Source of the DNA: Haloferacaceae archaeon | GTDB taxonomy: Archaea > Halobacteriota > Halobacteria > Halobacteriales > Haloferacaceae | Length of the DNA stretch: 64,000 bases | Assembly: GCA_042216285.1 (NCBI GenBank) | Contig: JBDGUC010000009.1 | Location: 24,649 to 88,648 of the forward strand | Reading direction: 5' to 3' | In this document: positions 1 through 9,513 of the stretch, piece after piece | Layout of the letters: each line of letters opens with the position of its first letter | How positions within the stretch are numbered: position 1 is the first letter of the stretch | The notes under the pieces: generated by a model | What the model was told of the DNA's origin: nothing | The model's input: the letters and a program-made list of their open reading frames with translations, nothing else | The model's database searches: none | Translations under genes and position numbers: made by a program

Positions 1-1431
1 GCCCGATCGACGTCCCTCTCGATCTCCGGCGGCGACGGCCCGCTGAAGGTCCACACGAAGCAGTATCCGGCGGGGGACGTCGGCCCCGGGGTGAACGGCC
101 CCTACGCGATCGGGATCACCGTGCCCGAGGGGACAGATCCGGGGACGTACTACCTCGACGTCCACGCCCACTACACGTACACGTCGACCGTCCACTACGA
201 CCCGGGACAGCCGGAGTACTCGGACTTCCAGGACGACGTCTCGTTCCGGGTCCCCGTCGTCGTCAGGTCCCGTGCCGAGTTCGCCGTCGTCGACTCGTCG
301 ACGAGCGTCCACGTCGACCAGCGCGGGACGTACGACCTGACGATCGAGAACACCGGCACGGAAGTCGCCCGGAACGCGGTCGTCCGGATCGACTCGCGGA
401 CCGACGCGGTCACGTTCGGCACCTCGGGGCGGACCGCGAGCACGTCCGTCCGGACCTGGCGGCCCGGCGAGACGAAGACGCTCACCTACGACGCGGCGAT
501 CGGTGACACCGCGGGCGTGCACAACTACTCCGTCCCGGTGAACGTCACCTTCGACGACGCCGACGGCGTCACCCGGCACGGGAACCGGCTCGTCGCCACG
601 TTCCGTCCCGCCCCGAAACAGTCCTTCTCGCTCGGCGACGTCCACAGCACGCTCCGCATCGGCCGGAGCGACGGGACGTTGCGCGGGACCGTCACGAACG
701 ACGGCCCCGAGACGGTCCACGACGTGACGCTCGTCATCGAGAACAACGTCTCGCACGTCACGTTCGACCAGCGGTCGTACTCGTTGCCCGCCCTCGCGCC
801 GGGCGAGACGGCCCCGTTCTCGTTCAGCGTCGGCAGGGTGGCCGACGACGCGAACGTGAGTTCGGTGCCGGTCGAGTTCGCCGTCCGCTACGACGACCAG
901 GAGGGCGACCGGTACGCCAGCGACGGCCACCAGGCCACCGTGGGGATCGGGGGGAACCACGCGCTGTTCGACGTTGAGGCCGTGAACGAGATTCCGGCGG
1001 GGACGCGCGGCGACACGCCCAAGGACTCCGACTGGAGCACGCTCACGCTCCGCGTGACCAACCGGGGAGACACGACGCTCCACGACGTCAGACCGAGCCT
1101 CGTCTTCGACACGCAGTATTTCGAGCGTCCGATCGAGAGCAACTACCGGACGAGCGTCATCCGGACGCTCCGCCCCGGCGAGTCGAAGAACGTGACCTAC
1201 GCCGTCAGCGCCTCCGGGGCGGCCGGCGGCACCACCTACCCGCTCGACGTCGCGGTGGCCTACGAGCGCCCCAACGGGGTGACCCAGCGGACGACGCCGT
1301 ACACGGTCCCGGTGTCGATCGCCGAGAAATCGTCGCTCCCCCTGCTCCCCATCGGCGGCGGCGCGGTCGTCCTCATCGGCTGTCTCATCGGCGGGCTGAT
1401 CTGGTGGCGGCGGTCGCCGACGGAGGAGTGA
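1..1431 (+). CDS. Cell-surface protein with repeated CARDB/COG1361-like beta-sandwich modules and a C-terminal TM anchor; 5' partial
   Basis: Frame 1 is open from base 1 into ORF 91..1431. Contains repeated 'VTNxGxxxxxxV' type modules. The C-terminus LPLLPIGGGAVVLIGCLIGGLIWWRR is a hydrophobic anchor plus basic stop-transfer. Confidence 0.6.
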   Translation, partial: ARSTSLSISGGDGPLKVHTKQYPAGDVGPGVNGPYAIGITVPEGTDPGTYYLDVHAHYTYTSTVHYDPGQPEYSDFQDDVSFRVPVVVRSRAEFAVVDSSTSVHVDQRGTYDLTIENTGTEVARNAVVRIDSRTDAVTFGTSGRTASTSVRTWRPGETKTLTYDAAIGDTAGVHNYSVPVNVTFDDADGVTRHGNRLVATFRPAPKQSFSLGDVHSTLRIGRSDGTLRGTVTNDGPETVHDVTLVIENNVSHVTFDQRSYSLPALAPGETAPFSFSVGRVADDANVSSVPVEFAVRYDDQEGDRYASDGHQATVGIGGNHALFDVEAVNEIPAGTRGDTPKDSDWSTLTLRVTNRGDTTLHDVRPSLVFDTQYFERPIESNYRTSVIRTLRPGESKNVTYAVSASGAAGGTTYPLDVAVAYERPNGVTQRTTPYTVPVSIAEKSSLPLLPIGGGAVVLIGCLIGGLIWWRRSPTEE

Positions 1432-1532
1432 TCCGAGGCCGGCACCCGGTCGCCGGAGCCGCTCTCCCGCCGCGTGGCTCCGGACGATTCCAGAGGGGTT
1501 TTAACGGATGCCCGCCCCCGTCCGAGTACGCC

Positions 1533-1590
1533 GGGCAATGGAGTCTGCCCGACCCAACCGCCGAGTTCGTCGGCTGATGACTCCTTTTCC
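1533..1590 (+). promoter_or_regulatory. Fluoride riboswitch (crcB RNA motif)
   Basis: GGGCAAUGGAGUCUGCCC-GACCCAA-CCGCCGAGUUCGUCGGC-UGAUGACUCC. P1 is GGGCA/UGCCC, P3 is CCGCCGA/UCGGC, the pseudoknot is GGAGUC/GACUCC, and the conserved CUGAUGA is present. It lies directly upstream of the crcB ATG at 1603. Confidence 0.8.
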
Positions 1591-1602
1591 ACCGAGACAG
1601 CC

Positions 1603-1995
1603 ATGTCGGGGACCGAATCCCACCCGCTCGTTCGCCTGGAATCGCTCGTCCTGATCGCCATCGGGGGGTTCGCCGGATCGAACCTCCGGTATTTCGCCGG
1701 GCTCCTGGTTCCGGGCATGCGGGGGACGCTCCTCGTGAACGCGCTCGGGAGCTTCGCGCTCGGGGTGATCCTGTACGAGACGCTCTACTCGGGGGTGCTG
1801 GCCAGCGAGACCCGTGCCGTCGTCTCGACGGGCTTTCTCTCGTCGTTTACGACCTACAGCACGTTCGCGCTCCAGTCCTCGCAGGCCGCCCCCGTCTGGC
1901 TGGTCGCGAACGTCCTGGCGAACTACGCGCTCGGGTTCGCGGGCGTCCTCGCCGGTCGGACGGTCGCCCGGCGCCTCGACGGGCGGTGGTCGTGA
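1603..1995 (+). CDS. crcB: Fluoride channel subunit CrcB/FluC (copy 1)
   Basis: IGGFAGSNLRY, LLVNALGSFALG and GFLSSFTTYSTF are typical CrcB signatures. The ATG at 1603 follows the riboswitch; the upstream part of ORF 1474.. covers the riboswitch and is not coding-like. Confidence 0.85.
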   Translation: MSGTESHPLVRLESLVLIAIGGFAGSNLRYFAGLLVPGMRGTLLVNALGSFALGVILYETLYSGVLASETRAVVSTGFLSSFTTYSTFALQSSQAAPVWLVANVLANYALGFAGVLAGRTVARRLDGRWS

Positions 1996-2357
1996 TGGTC
2001 GCGCTCGACCCCGCCCACCTCGTCGGGACCGGCGGCGCGCTCGGCGCACTCCTTCGCACCTACGTCAGCCGGCGGGTGGACGTCGAGGAGTTCCCGGCGG
2101 GGACGTTCGCCGTCAACGTCATCGGGAGCTTCGCGCTGGGCTTTCTCACCTTCCTCGCGCTCGACGACCGGCTCTTGCTCCTGCTCGGCACCGGCGCGTG
2201 TGGCTCGTTCACGACGTTCTCGTCGTTTTCCTTCGAGACCGTGCGGCTGTGGGAGACGGGCGAACGCGCCCGGGCCGTCACGAACGCGGTCGGCAACCTC
2301 GTCGGGGCCGGACTGGCGCTCGGCCTGGCCTGGGCGGGGGCCCACCTCCTCGCGTGA
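1986..2357 (+). CDS. crcB: Fluoride channel subunit CrcB/FluC (copy 2)
   Basis: GTGGALGALLR, NVIGSFALGF and GSFTTFSSFSFE motifs. Overlaps copy 1 by 10 nt, consistent with a heterodimeric pair. Confidence 0.85.
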   Translation: MVVMVALDPAHLVGTGGALGALLRTYVSRRVDVEEFPAGTFAVNVIGSFALGFLTFLALDDRLLLLLGTGACGSFTTFSSFSFETVRLWETGERARAVTNAVGNLVGAGLALGLAWAGAHLLA

Positions 2358-2370
2358 CCGCACTCGCCCG

Positions 2371-2805
2371 TCAGTCGTCGTCGAGTCGGACGACGTGGAC
2401 GGGAACGGACGACCGCCGGATCACCTTCTCCGTGACGCTCCCGAGCAGGAAGTGGTCGAACCCCGTGCGCCCGTGGGTCCCCATGACGACGAGGTCGACG
2501 TCGTTGTCCTCGGCGTACGACAGGATCTCCTCGTGGGGAATCCCCCGGACGACGGCCGTGACGGCGTCGACGCCCGCGGCGTCGGCCTCAGACCGGAGGG
2601 CCTCGATGGCGCGCTCGCCCTCCGCTTCCAGTTCGTCCTGGAGCGTCACCCACTTCGACTCGGGGAGCGTGTTGTAATCGCGGGTGTCGACGACGTAGAG
2701 GCCGTGGACCGTCGCCCCCGTCAGGTCGGCCAGGCCGACGCCCTCCCGGATCGCCTTCCCGGCCCCCTCGCTCCCGTCCGTCGGAATCAGGATCCGCTGG
2801 TACAT
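2371..2805 (-). CDS. Universal stress protein (UspA family)
   Basis: MYQRILIPTDGSEGAG...DLVVMGTHGRTGFDHFLLGSVTEKVIRRSSVPVHVV is the classic USP fold. Only the last 144 codons of ORF 2371..4194 are coding-like. Confidence 0.85.
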   Translation of the reverse strand: MYQRILIPTDGSEGAGKAIREGVGLADLTGATVHGLYVVDTRDYNTLPESKWVTLQDELEAEGERAIEALRSEADAAGVDAVTAVVRGIPHEEILSYAEDNDVDLVVMGTHGRTGFDHFLLGSVTEKVIRRSSVPVHVVRLDDD

Positions 2806-2879
2806 GGGTCGGGGTAGACCGCCGACCGACATGTAACTACGCCCGCCGATCCCGGCGGGCGCGTCGCCGTCCCTCCGGA

Positions 2880-5555
2880 CTACCGCCACCGGGCGAGGAG
2901 ACGGTAGTCCTCGTCCGGCGCGTACCGGCGGAACAGCAGGCTGTTGGTGAGCACCGACACGGAGGAGAACGCCATGGCGCCGGCCGCGAGCGCGGGCTGG
3001 AGCAGGCCGAGCGACGCGAGCGGGATCATCGCCGTGTTGTAGCCGAGCGCCCAGAACAGGTTCTGTCGGATCTTGGCGAGCGTCCCCTCCCCGACGCGGA
3101 TGGCCTTGAGCACGTCCAGCGGGTCGTCGCGCATCAGAGTCACGTCGGCCGCCTCGATGGCGACGTCGGTGCCCGAGCCGAGGGCACACCCGACGTCCGC
3201 CACGGCGAGGGCCGGCGCGTCGTTCACCCCGTCGCCGACCATCATCACGGTGTGTCCCCCGGTCTGGACGGCCTCGACCGCGTCCGACTTCTCCCCGGGG
3301 AGGACCTCGGCGCGGACGTTCGCGGCGTCGATCCCGACCTGCTCGGCGACCGCGCGGGCGGTCCGCTCGTTGTCGCCGGTGATCATCATCACGTCGACGC
3401 CGCGCTCCCGGAGGGTCGAGACGGCCTCCCCGGCGGTCTCCTTGACCGCGTCGGCGGCCGCGACGACGCCCACCAGTTCGCCGCCCTCGCCGTCGCCCGT
3501 GCCCGCCGGCACGCTCGTGCCGGCAGGCACGCGGGCGACGAGCATCGCCGTCTTCCCCGCCGATTCGAGCCGTTCCATCGTCTCGGCGGCGGGAGCCGGA
3601 TCGACGCCGTCGTCCGAGAGCAGTTTGCGGGTCCCGACCAGCACCTCCTCGTCCCCGACGGTCGCCCTGACCCCGTGGCCGGGGACGTTCTCGAACGCCT
3701 CGGCCGACGGGACCGACAGGCCGCGCTCCTCGGCCCCCTCGACGATGGCGCGGGCGAGGGGGTGTTCGCTCCCGGACTCGGCGCCCGCCGCCAGTCGGAG
3801 GATCCCCGCCTCGTCGAGGGGTTCCTCGCCGGAGCTGCCGCGCGCGCGCACGCGTCCTCCGTCGGCCGCCGGCCCCCCGCCGTCGCCCGCGCCGGCCGGC
3901 GCGCTCGTCCCGTCGGGACCGACGGCGACCACGTCGGTGAGGCGCATCTCGCCGGTCGTGAGCGTCCCGGTCTTGTCGAACACCACCGTGTCGACGTCCT
4001 TCGCCCGTTCGAGCACGTCGCCGCCCGTGAACAGCACGCCGTTGCGGGCCCCGATGGTCGTCCCGACCATCGTCGCCGCGGGGGTCGCAAGCCCCAGCGC
4101 GCAGGGACAGGCGATCAGCACGGCCGAGGCGAAGACGACCACCGCGAACTCGAAGACGGAGAGCGCGGCCGGGCCGCCCCCCACGAGCCCCCACAGCGGC
4201 AGCGCTCGCACGAATCCGGCGAGCGCTCCGGGGAAGAGATACCAGGCCGTCGCCCAGATCAGGGCGTTCAGGACGACCGCGGGGACGAAGTACGCGCTGA
4301 TGCGGTCCGCGAGGTTCTGGATCTCGGGCTGGCGGGACTGGGCCTCCTCGACCGTCCGGACGATCTGCTGGAGGGCGGTCTCCGCTCCGACCTTCGTCGC
4401 CTCCACCACGAGGACGCCGTTCTCGTTGACGGTGGACCCGACCACCTCGTCGCCCGCGCCCTTCTCGACGGGGACGGATTCGCCGGTGACCATCGACTCG
4501 TCGACCGCGCTCTCGCCGTCGACGACGACGCCGTCCGTGGGGACCCGCTCGCCGGGCCGGACCTTCATCCGGTCGCCGACGGTCACCTCATCGATCGGAA
4601 CCTCCCGTTCGGTCCCGTCGTCGTCGACCAGCGTGGCGGTGTCGGCCTCCATCTCCAGGAGCGTCCGGAGCGCCTCGCCGGCCCGGCCCTTCGAGCGCGC
4701 TTCGAGGTAGTTCCCGAACGTGATGAACACGAGGATGAGCGCCGCCGTGTCGAAGTACAGCCCCTCGCTCGTCAGGAGGCCGAGCAGGACGACCACCGAG
4801 TAGAGGTACGCCGTGGACGACCCGAGCGCGACGAGCACGTCCATGTTCGCGGTCCGGTTCCGCACGAGGGCCTTGTAGGCGTTCGCGTAGAACGGCCGCC
4901 CGAGCGCGACCTGGACGGGCGTCGCCAGCAGGAACTCGATCCAGCCGAAGCCGACGCCGAAGACCGTCGCCGGCAGGACGTCGCCGCCGAGCAGAAGTCG
5001 TGCGGCGAGAACGAGGAGAAGCGGGGCCGCGAGCGCCGCACCGAACAGCGTCAGCCGGCGCTGTCTGCGGATCTCGTCGGCGCGCGCGGCGTCGCGGGAG
5101 TCCCGCCCGCCGCGGGCGCCGTCGGCGCCGGCGTTCTCCCGGACGGGCGTGTAGCCGGCGCCCTCGATGGCCTCGTAGAGGCCCGTCGGGTCCGCCTCGG
5201 CCGGGTCGTACGTGACCCTCGCCTCGTCGGTGGCGAAGTTGACGTCGGCCGCGAGGACGCCCGGCGTCCGTTCGAGGGCGTCCCCCACGGTCTTCGAGCA
5301 GTTGGCACACGACATGTCGGTGACGCCGACGGTCGTCGTCTCCGACACCGGCTCGTAGCCGGCGTCCTCGACGGCCGCGTAGATCTCCGCGAGCGAGACC
5401 ACGTCCGGATCGTACGCGACGGTCCCCTCGTCGGTGGCGAAGTTGAACGTCGCCTCCGAGACTCCGTCGAGCGCGCCGACGGCGTCGGCGATCGTACGCG
5501 AACAGTTCGCACAGCTCATGCCCCGAACGTCGATCCGACTCCGGCGCGTTTCCAT
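2880..5555 (-). CDS. copA: Copper-translocating P1B-type ATPase with two N-terminal HMA domains
   Basis: Two [11 protein letters not shown] motifs, a CPC transmembrane motif ([12 protein letters not shown]), DKTGTLT phosphorylation site, GDGVNDAP hinge; 891 aa. Confidence 0.95.
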   Translation of the reverse strand: METRRSRIDVRGMSCANCSRTIADAVGALDGVSEATFNFATDEGTVAYDPDVVSLAEIYAAVEDAGYEPVSETTTVGVTDMSCANCSKTVGDALERTPGVLAADVNFATDEARVTYDPAEADPTGLYEAIEGAGYTPVRENAGADGARGGRDSRDAARADEIRRQRRLTLFGAALAAPLLLVLAARLLLGGDVLPATVFGVGFGWIEFLLATPVQVALGRPFYANAYKALVRNRTANMDVLVALGSSTAYLYSVVVLLGLLTSEGLYFDTAALILVFITFGNYLEARSKGRAGEALRTLLEMEADTATLVDDDGTEREVPIDEVTVGDRMKVRPGERVPTDGVVVDGESAVDESMVTGESVPVEKGAGDEVVGSTVNENGVLVVEATKVGAETALQQIVRTVEEAQSRQPEIQNLADRISAYFVPAVVLNALIWATAWYLFPGALAGFVRALPLWGLVGGGPAALSVFEFAVVVFASAVLIACPCALGLATPAATMVGTTIGARNGVLFTGGDVLERAKDVDTVVFDKTGTLTTGEMRLTDVVAVGPDGTSAPAGAGDGGGPAADGGRVRARGSSGEEPLDEAGILRLAAGAESGSEHPLARAIVEGAEERGLSVPSAEAFENVPGHGVRATVGDEEVLVGTRKLLSDDGVDPAPAAETMERLESAGKTAMLVARVPAGTSVPAGTGDGEGGELVGVVAAADAVKETAGEAVSTLRERGVDVMMITGDNERTARAVAEQVGIDAANVRAEVLPGEKSDAVEAVQTGGHTVMMVGDGVNDAPALAVADVGCALGSGTDVAIEAADVTLMRDDPLDVLKAIRVGEGTLAKIRQNLFWALGYNTAMIPLASLGLLQPALAAGAMAFSSVSVLTNSLLFRRYAPDEDYRLLARWR

Positions 5556-5597
5556 CGCTACCTTCTACGGGGCCCCTCCTCAACCGCTTTGCCCTTT

Positions 5598-5637
5598 CGA
5601 ACGTTCGGCGTATGGGCGACGGGAGCTTCGAATCGAA
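5598..5637. promoter_or_regulatory. Two short palindromes (CGAACGTTCG at 5598-5607; TTCGAaTCGAA at 5627-5637) in the copA upstream gap
   Basis: Read directly. Both lie in the 97-nt gap between the Lrp/TRASH regulator stop (5653) and the copA start (5555). Candidate operator sites. Confidence 0.3.
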
Positions 5638-5652
5638 AGTCGGTCCCCCGGA

Positions 5653-6246
5653 TCAGTCGGCCCCCTCCCGGAGCCGGTCGTATCGCTCCGCGAACCGGGC
5701 CTCGCAGGACGGACAGCAAAACTGGTAGCGGTCGCCGTCGATCCGGGCCGTCGTCCCCTCGTTGTCGACGGTGTTTCCGCACTCGGCACAGGTGAGGGCG
5801 AACGTCGTCCCGCCCAGGTCGGGCGCCCAGTCCGCCCCCGCCAGGAGCGTCACCTCGACGTTCTCGGCGGCGTCGCCCAGTGCGGTGGCGATCCAGCCGG
5901 CCACGTCCGTGTCCGGGACGCGCGCGTGGACCACCAGGTCGCCCGACGCGGTCGTGAACACGTGTTCGACCGCCCCCTCGTCGAGGAGCGTCGCCGCGAC
6001 CGACCGGGGGTCACGGTCGGCCGCGACGTCGACCGTCACCAGCACCGGCGTCCCCTGCCGAAGCTGGGATCGATCGACGTCGACGGTGAACCGGCGGACG
6101 ATTCCCACCTCTTCGAGCCGGGCGATCCGGTCCGAGACGGCCGGCGGCGAGAGGTCGACGACCTCCGCGATGTCGCTGTAGGGGCGCCGGGCGTCCTCCA
6201 GCAGGAGCCGGAGAATCTCCAGGTCCGTCTCGTCCAGGTCGCGCAT
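5653..6246 (-). CDS. Lrp/AsnC-family transcription regulator with C-terminal TRASH metal-binding domain (copper-responsive regulator type)
   Basis: N-terminal MRDLDETDLEILRLLLEDARRPYSDIAEVVDLSPPAVSDRIARLEE (HTH_AsnC). C-terminal CAECGN...YQFCCPSCEARF (TRASH cysteines). The coding-like part starts at the ATG at 6246. Confidence 0.85.
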   Translation of the reverse strand: MRDLDETDLEILRLLLEDARRPYSDIAEVVDLSPPAVSDRIARLEEVGIVRRFTVDVDRSQLRQGTPVLVTVDVAADRDPRSVAATLLDEGAVEHVFTTASGDLVVHARVPDTDVAGWIATALGDAAENVEVTLLAGADWAPDLGGTTFALTCAECGNTVDNEGTTARIDGDRYQFCCPSCEARFAERYDRLREGAD

Positions 6247-6375
6247 GCCGGACCGAGGTCGGCGAGGGAGAAAAACCACACGGGGTCGAACCCGTGGATT
6301 CCGAAGGACGACCGGGGCGACGACCGATCGATCGAAGGGACAACCCGCATAAGTGAGGCACGCGTACGGTGACCC

Positions 6376-6573
6376 ATGCCGACGACGATCACCGTCGAGG
6401 GAATGAGCTGCGAGCACTGCGAGGGGACCGTCGAGGAGGCGCTCCGCGACGTACGCGGCGTGACCGACGCGACCGCCGACCGCGAGGCCGAGCGGGCGAG
6501 CGTCGAGGGCGACGCCGACGTCTCCGACCTCGTCCGGGCCGTCGAGGACGCGGGATACACGGCCCACGCCTGA
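6376..6573 (+). CDS. copZ: Heavy-metal-associated (HMA) copper chaperone
   Basis: 65 aa; ITVEGMSCEHCEGTVEEAL ferredoxin-like HMA motif. Divergent from the TRASH regulator/copA unit. Confidence 0.85.
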   Translation: MPTTITVEGMSCEHCEGTVEEALRDVRGVTDATADREAERASVEGDADVSDLVRAVEDAGYTAHA

Positions 6574-6757
6574 CCCGACGCGGGACCGGTCCCCCGATCC
6601 GGACCGTCCGACTCCGACACCGGCGCCGGACTCACGTACGGCACCGACACGGCGTGGACGCTCCGCCGGAGGGGGGTACTCGCACCGCGAGGGAGGCGAG
6701 CGTCCGCGTCGGGACGGCACGGTCGACCCGGCGACGTCGGTCCGTGGCGGCGTGTCG

Positions 6758-7594
6758 CTACGCGGGCCGGAGGCGCACGGCGATCCCGTCGGGATCCGTC
6801 AGCGCCACGCCGTCGTCCCGGTCGGCGACGTCGACGCCGTGGTCGTGGAGGCGCTCGCGGACCGACGGGAACTCCGCGGCCGGCACCGCGAGTTCGAACC
6901 ACGCCAGACCGCGGCCGGTCGGCGGCTCGGTCCGGTGGTTCCAGACGTTCGCCCCGACGTGGTGGTGGTAGTCGCCGGCCGCGAGAAAGAGCGCCGAGTC
7001 GCCGTACCGCTGGCGCACCCGCAGGCCGAGCGCGCCGGCGTAGAACGAGCGGGTGGCCGGAAGCGACGATACCTCCAGGTGGACGTGTCCGACCGTGGTC
7101 TCCGGGGGAACGCCGGGCGCGCCGGGGCCACACCCCCGGAGGTCGGCGAGGTCGAGCCCGACGGTCTCCATCCCGACCCGGCCGTCCTCCGTCTCGGGCC
7201 AGGACGCACGCGGCCGGTCGCAGTACACCTCGACCCCGTTGTCCTCGGGGTCGGCGAGGTAGAGCGCCTCGCTTACCAGGTGGTCGGAGGCGCCGTCGAG
7301 CGTCCACCGGTCCTCGATCCGGGCGAGCGCGTCGGCCAGCGCGGCCCGCGACGGGACGCGGACGGCGACGTGGTACAGCCCCGTCTCCGCCGCGCCGCGC
7401 GCCGGGGCGTCCGGATCCCCGATCAGTTCGAGGAGCGACGCCCCGCCGGCGCCGAGCGTGGCCCTGCCGGCGCCCTCGTCGAGGAGGTCCAGTCCGATCA
7501 CGTCCCGGTAGAAGCCGACGACGCGATCGAGGTCCGTCACCCGGAGGGCGACGCGGCCGACGGTCGTCCCGTCCGGCATCCCCGTGTCGGTCAT
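6758..7594 (-). CDS. VOC-family (glyoxalase/extradiol dioxygenase-like) two-domain protein
   Basis: Two repeats of the glyoxalase-type module (VALRVTDLDRVVGFYRDVIGLDLL and VHLEVSSLPATRSFYAGALGL); 278 aa. Confidence 0.7.
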   Translation of the reverse strand: MTDTGMPDGTTVGRVALRVTDLDRVVGFYRDVIGLDLLDEGAGRATLGAGGASLLELIGDPDAPARGAAETGLYHVAVRVPSRAALADALARIEDRWTLDGASDHLVSEALYLADPEDNGVEVYCDRPRASWPETEDGRVGMETVGLDLADLRGCGPGAPGVPPETTVGHVHLEVSSLPATRSFYAGALGLRVRQRYGDSALFLAAGDYHHHVGANVWNHRTEPPTGRGLAWFELAVPAAEFPSVRERLHDHGVDVADRDDGVALTDPDGIAVRLRPA

Positions 7595-7697
7595 GGCGTC
7601 AGGTCGTCGCTCGACGGAGTTATCGATTCCGGCGACACGCCCGCCGCCGGGCGTCCGGCGGAGCGCGCGCCGCCCGGGCGGCGCCGCTCCGCGGCCC

Positions 7698-8558
7698 TCA
7701 CTCGTACTCGTAAAAGCCCGCGCCGGTCTTCTTCCCGAGGTCGCCCGCCTCGACCTTCCGCCGGAGGAGGACGGGCGGTTTGTAGGCGTCGCCGAGCCCC
7801 TCGTGGAGGGTCTCGCTCGCGTTCAGGCAGACGTCGAGGCCGATGTGGTCGGCGAGTTCGAGCGGTCCCATCGGGACGTTCGTGCCGAGTTTCAGCCCCC
7901 TGTCGACGTCCCCCCGGTCGGCGACGCCCTCGTCGTAGGCGCGGATGCCCTCGTTGATCCACGGGATGAGCACGCGGTTGACCACGAAGCCGGGCCTGTC
8001 GTCGGCCTCCCAGGTCTCTTTCTCCAGGCTGGCCGCGAACTCGTGGGCGAACGCGCGGGTCTCCTCGGCCGTGTGTTCGGCGACGACCACCTCGACGCCC
8101 TCCATGACCGGGACGGGGTTCATGAAGTGGAGGCCGATCACCCGGTCGGGGTGGTCGGTCGCGGACGCGATGGCCGTGACCGAGAGGGTGCTGGTGTTGG
8201 TGGCGAGGGGCACGTCGGCGGCGACGAGGTCGTCCAGGGCGTCGAACACCTCCTTTTTCAGCGACAGGTCCTCGGGGGCGGCCTCGACGACGACGCCGGC
8301 GTCCGCGAGGTCGTCCATGTTCGTGGTCCCCGCGATCCGGTCGCGGGCGGCGTCGGCCGCCGTCCGGTCGAGGTGGTCGCCCTCCACCAGTCGATCCAGG
8401 CTGTCGTCGATCCGGTCGAAGCCGGCGTCGAGGAACGCCTCCTCGACGTCGCGCATCACGACGTCGTAGCCCGCCGTCGCGGCGACCTGTGCGATGCCGC
8501 TGCCCATCGTGCCGGCGCCGACGACGCCCACGAGGTCGATGTCGCCTGCGGAACGCAT
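7698..8558 (-). CDS. 3-hydroxyacyl-CoA / 3-hydroxybutyryl-CoA dehydrogenase
   Basis: VGVVGAGTMGSGIAQV Rossmann motif, NTSTLSVT, HFMNPVPVMEGVEVV, GFVVNRVL. The ATG at 8558 sits just before the Rossmann motif; upstream ORF residues are not coding-like. Confidence 0.85.
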   Translation of the reverse strand: MRSAGDIDLVGVVGAGTMGSGIAQVAATAGYDVVMRDVEEAFLDAGFDRIDDSLDRLVEGDHLDRTAADAARDRIAGTTNMDDLADAGVVVEAAPEDLSLKKEVFDALDDLVAADVPLATNTSTLSVTAIASATDHPDRVIGLHFMNPVPVMEGVEVVVAEHTAEETRAFAHEFAASLEKETWEADDRPGFVVNRVLIPWINEGIRAYDEGVADRGDVDRGLKLGTNVPMGPLELADHIGLDVCLNASETLHEGLGDAYKPPVLLRRKVEAGDLGKKTGAGFYEYE

Positions 8559-8675
8559 ACCGTACGTTCCGCCGCCGTCGGCGTAAGCGTGATGCAGACG
8601 AAGCTGACACGTCGCCCGGGGACACGGCATCACGTACGGGCGTACCCGACCCCCCTCCTGCCGGGCGACCACACG

Positions 8676-8681
8676 TTTTTT
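8676..8681 (+). promoter_or_regulatory. TATA-like T-run 31 nt upstream of the fba ATG
   Basis: CGTTTTTTGG is the only A/T-rich element in the GC-rich spacer. The spacing fits a leaderless haloarchaeal promoter. Confidence 0.4.
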
Positions 8682-8706
8682 GGCCCGCTCGGCGGTACGT
8701 TCTCCC

Positions 8707-9513
8707 ATGAGACCCGGAGCCGACTCCGCGATAACGCGCGACGGCAAGGCGCTCGTGCTCGCCTACGATCACGGCCTGGAGCACGGGCCGGTGGACTTCG
8801 AACCCGTCCCCGAGACGATGGATCCGGAGGTCGTCTTCGACCTGGCGACCCACGACGCGGTGACGGCGCTCGCGGTCCAGAAGGGAGTCGCCGAGGCTCA
8901 CTACCCCTCCTACGCCGACGACGTCACCCTGCTGGCGAAGCTCAACGGCACGAGCAACCTCTGGATGGGCGAACCGGACTCCGCGGTCAACTGGTCGGTC
9001 GACTACGCCGCCGACCTCGGGGCCGACGCGGTCGGCTTCACCGTCTACGGCGGGTCGAACAACGAGATCGAGATGATGGAGGAGTTCCGCGAGGCCCAGG
9101 AGGCCGCCCGCGAGCACGACATGGGCGTGGTGATGTGGTCGTACCCCCGCGGCCAGGGGCTGAAAAACGACACCAGCCCGGACGTGATCGCGTACGCCGC
9201 CCGCCTGGCCCTGGAGGCCGGCGCGGACGTCGCGAAGGTCAAGTATCCGGGGAGCGCCGACGCGATGAGCCACGCCGTCGAGATGGCCGGCCCCACCAAG
9301 GTCGTCATGTCCGGCGGCTCGAAGGCCGACGACCTCGACTTCCTCCGGACCGTCGAGACGGCCGTGAACGCGGGGGCGAAGGGACTCGCAGTCGGGCGAA
9401 ACGTCTTCCAGCGCGAGCGTCCCCGGGCCCTGCTGGACGCCCTCGAAGCCGTGATCTTCGAGGGCGAGAGCGCGGAGGACGCGGTCGGGCGCGCGGAGGC
9501 GACGGCCGACTGA
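8707..9513 (+). CDS. fba: Class I fructose-bisphosphate aldolase (archaeal DhnA/FbaB family)
   Basis: LAYDHGLEHGP, KLNGTS, ADVAKVKYPG (Schiff-base Lys region), GLAVGRNVFQ. Its stop overlaps the fbp start (TGATG). The paralogous AroA' function cannot be fully excluded. Confidence 0.75.
   Translation: MRPGADSAITRDGKALVLAYDHGLEHGPVDFEPVPETMDPEVVFDLATHDAVTALAVQKGVAEAHYPSYADDVTLLAKLNGTSNLWMGEPDSAVNWSVDYAADLGADAVGFTVYGGSNNEIEMMEEFREAQEAAREHDMGVVMWSYPRGQGLKNDTSPDVIAYAARLALEAGADVAKVKYPGSADAMSHAVEMAGPTKVVMSGGSKADDLDFLRTVETAVNAGAKGLAVGRNVFQRERPRALLDALEAVIFEGESAEDAVGRAEATAD

Noticed and set aside
2806-4194. Upstream two-thirds of ORF 2371..4194 (-), a 607-aa frame.
   Set aside because: It is an Arg/Gly/Asp/Pro-rich translation running out of frame over copA. 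Only the last 144 codons, the USP, look like a real protein. This is a typical shadow ORF of a high-GC genome.
3252-5795. 847-aa ORF on the + strand, plus ORFs 3073..4710, 4588..5583 and similar.
   Set aside because: These are antisense or out of frame to the well-supported copA gene. Their composition is low-complexity and basic, with no recognisable domain.
7584-9512. N-terminal 640 codons of ORF 7584..10367 (+).
   Set aside because: This frame runs antisense through the dehydrogenase gene and out of frame through fba. The real gene (fbp) starts at the ATG at 9513.
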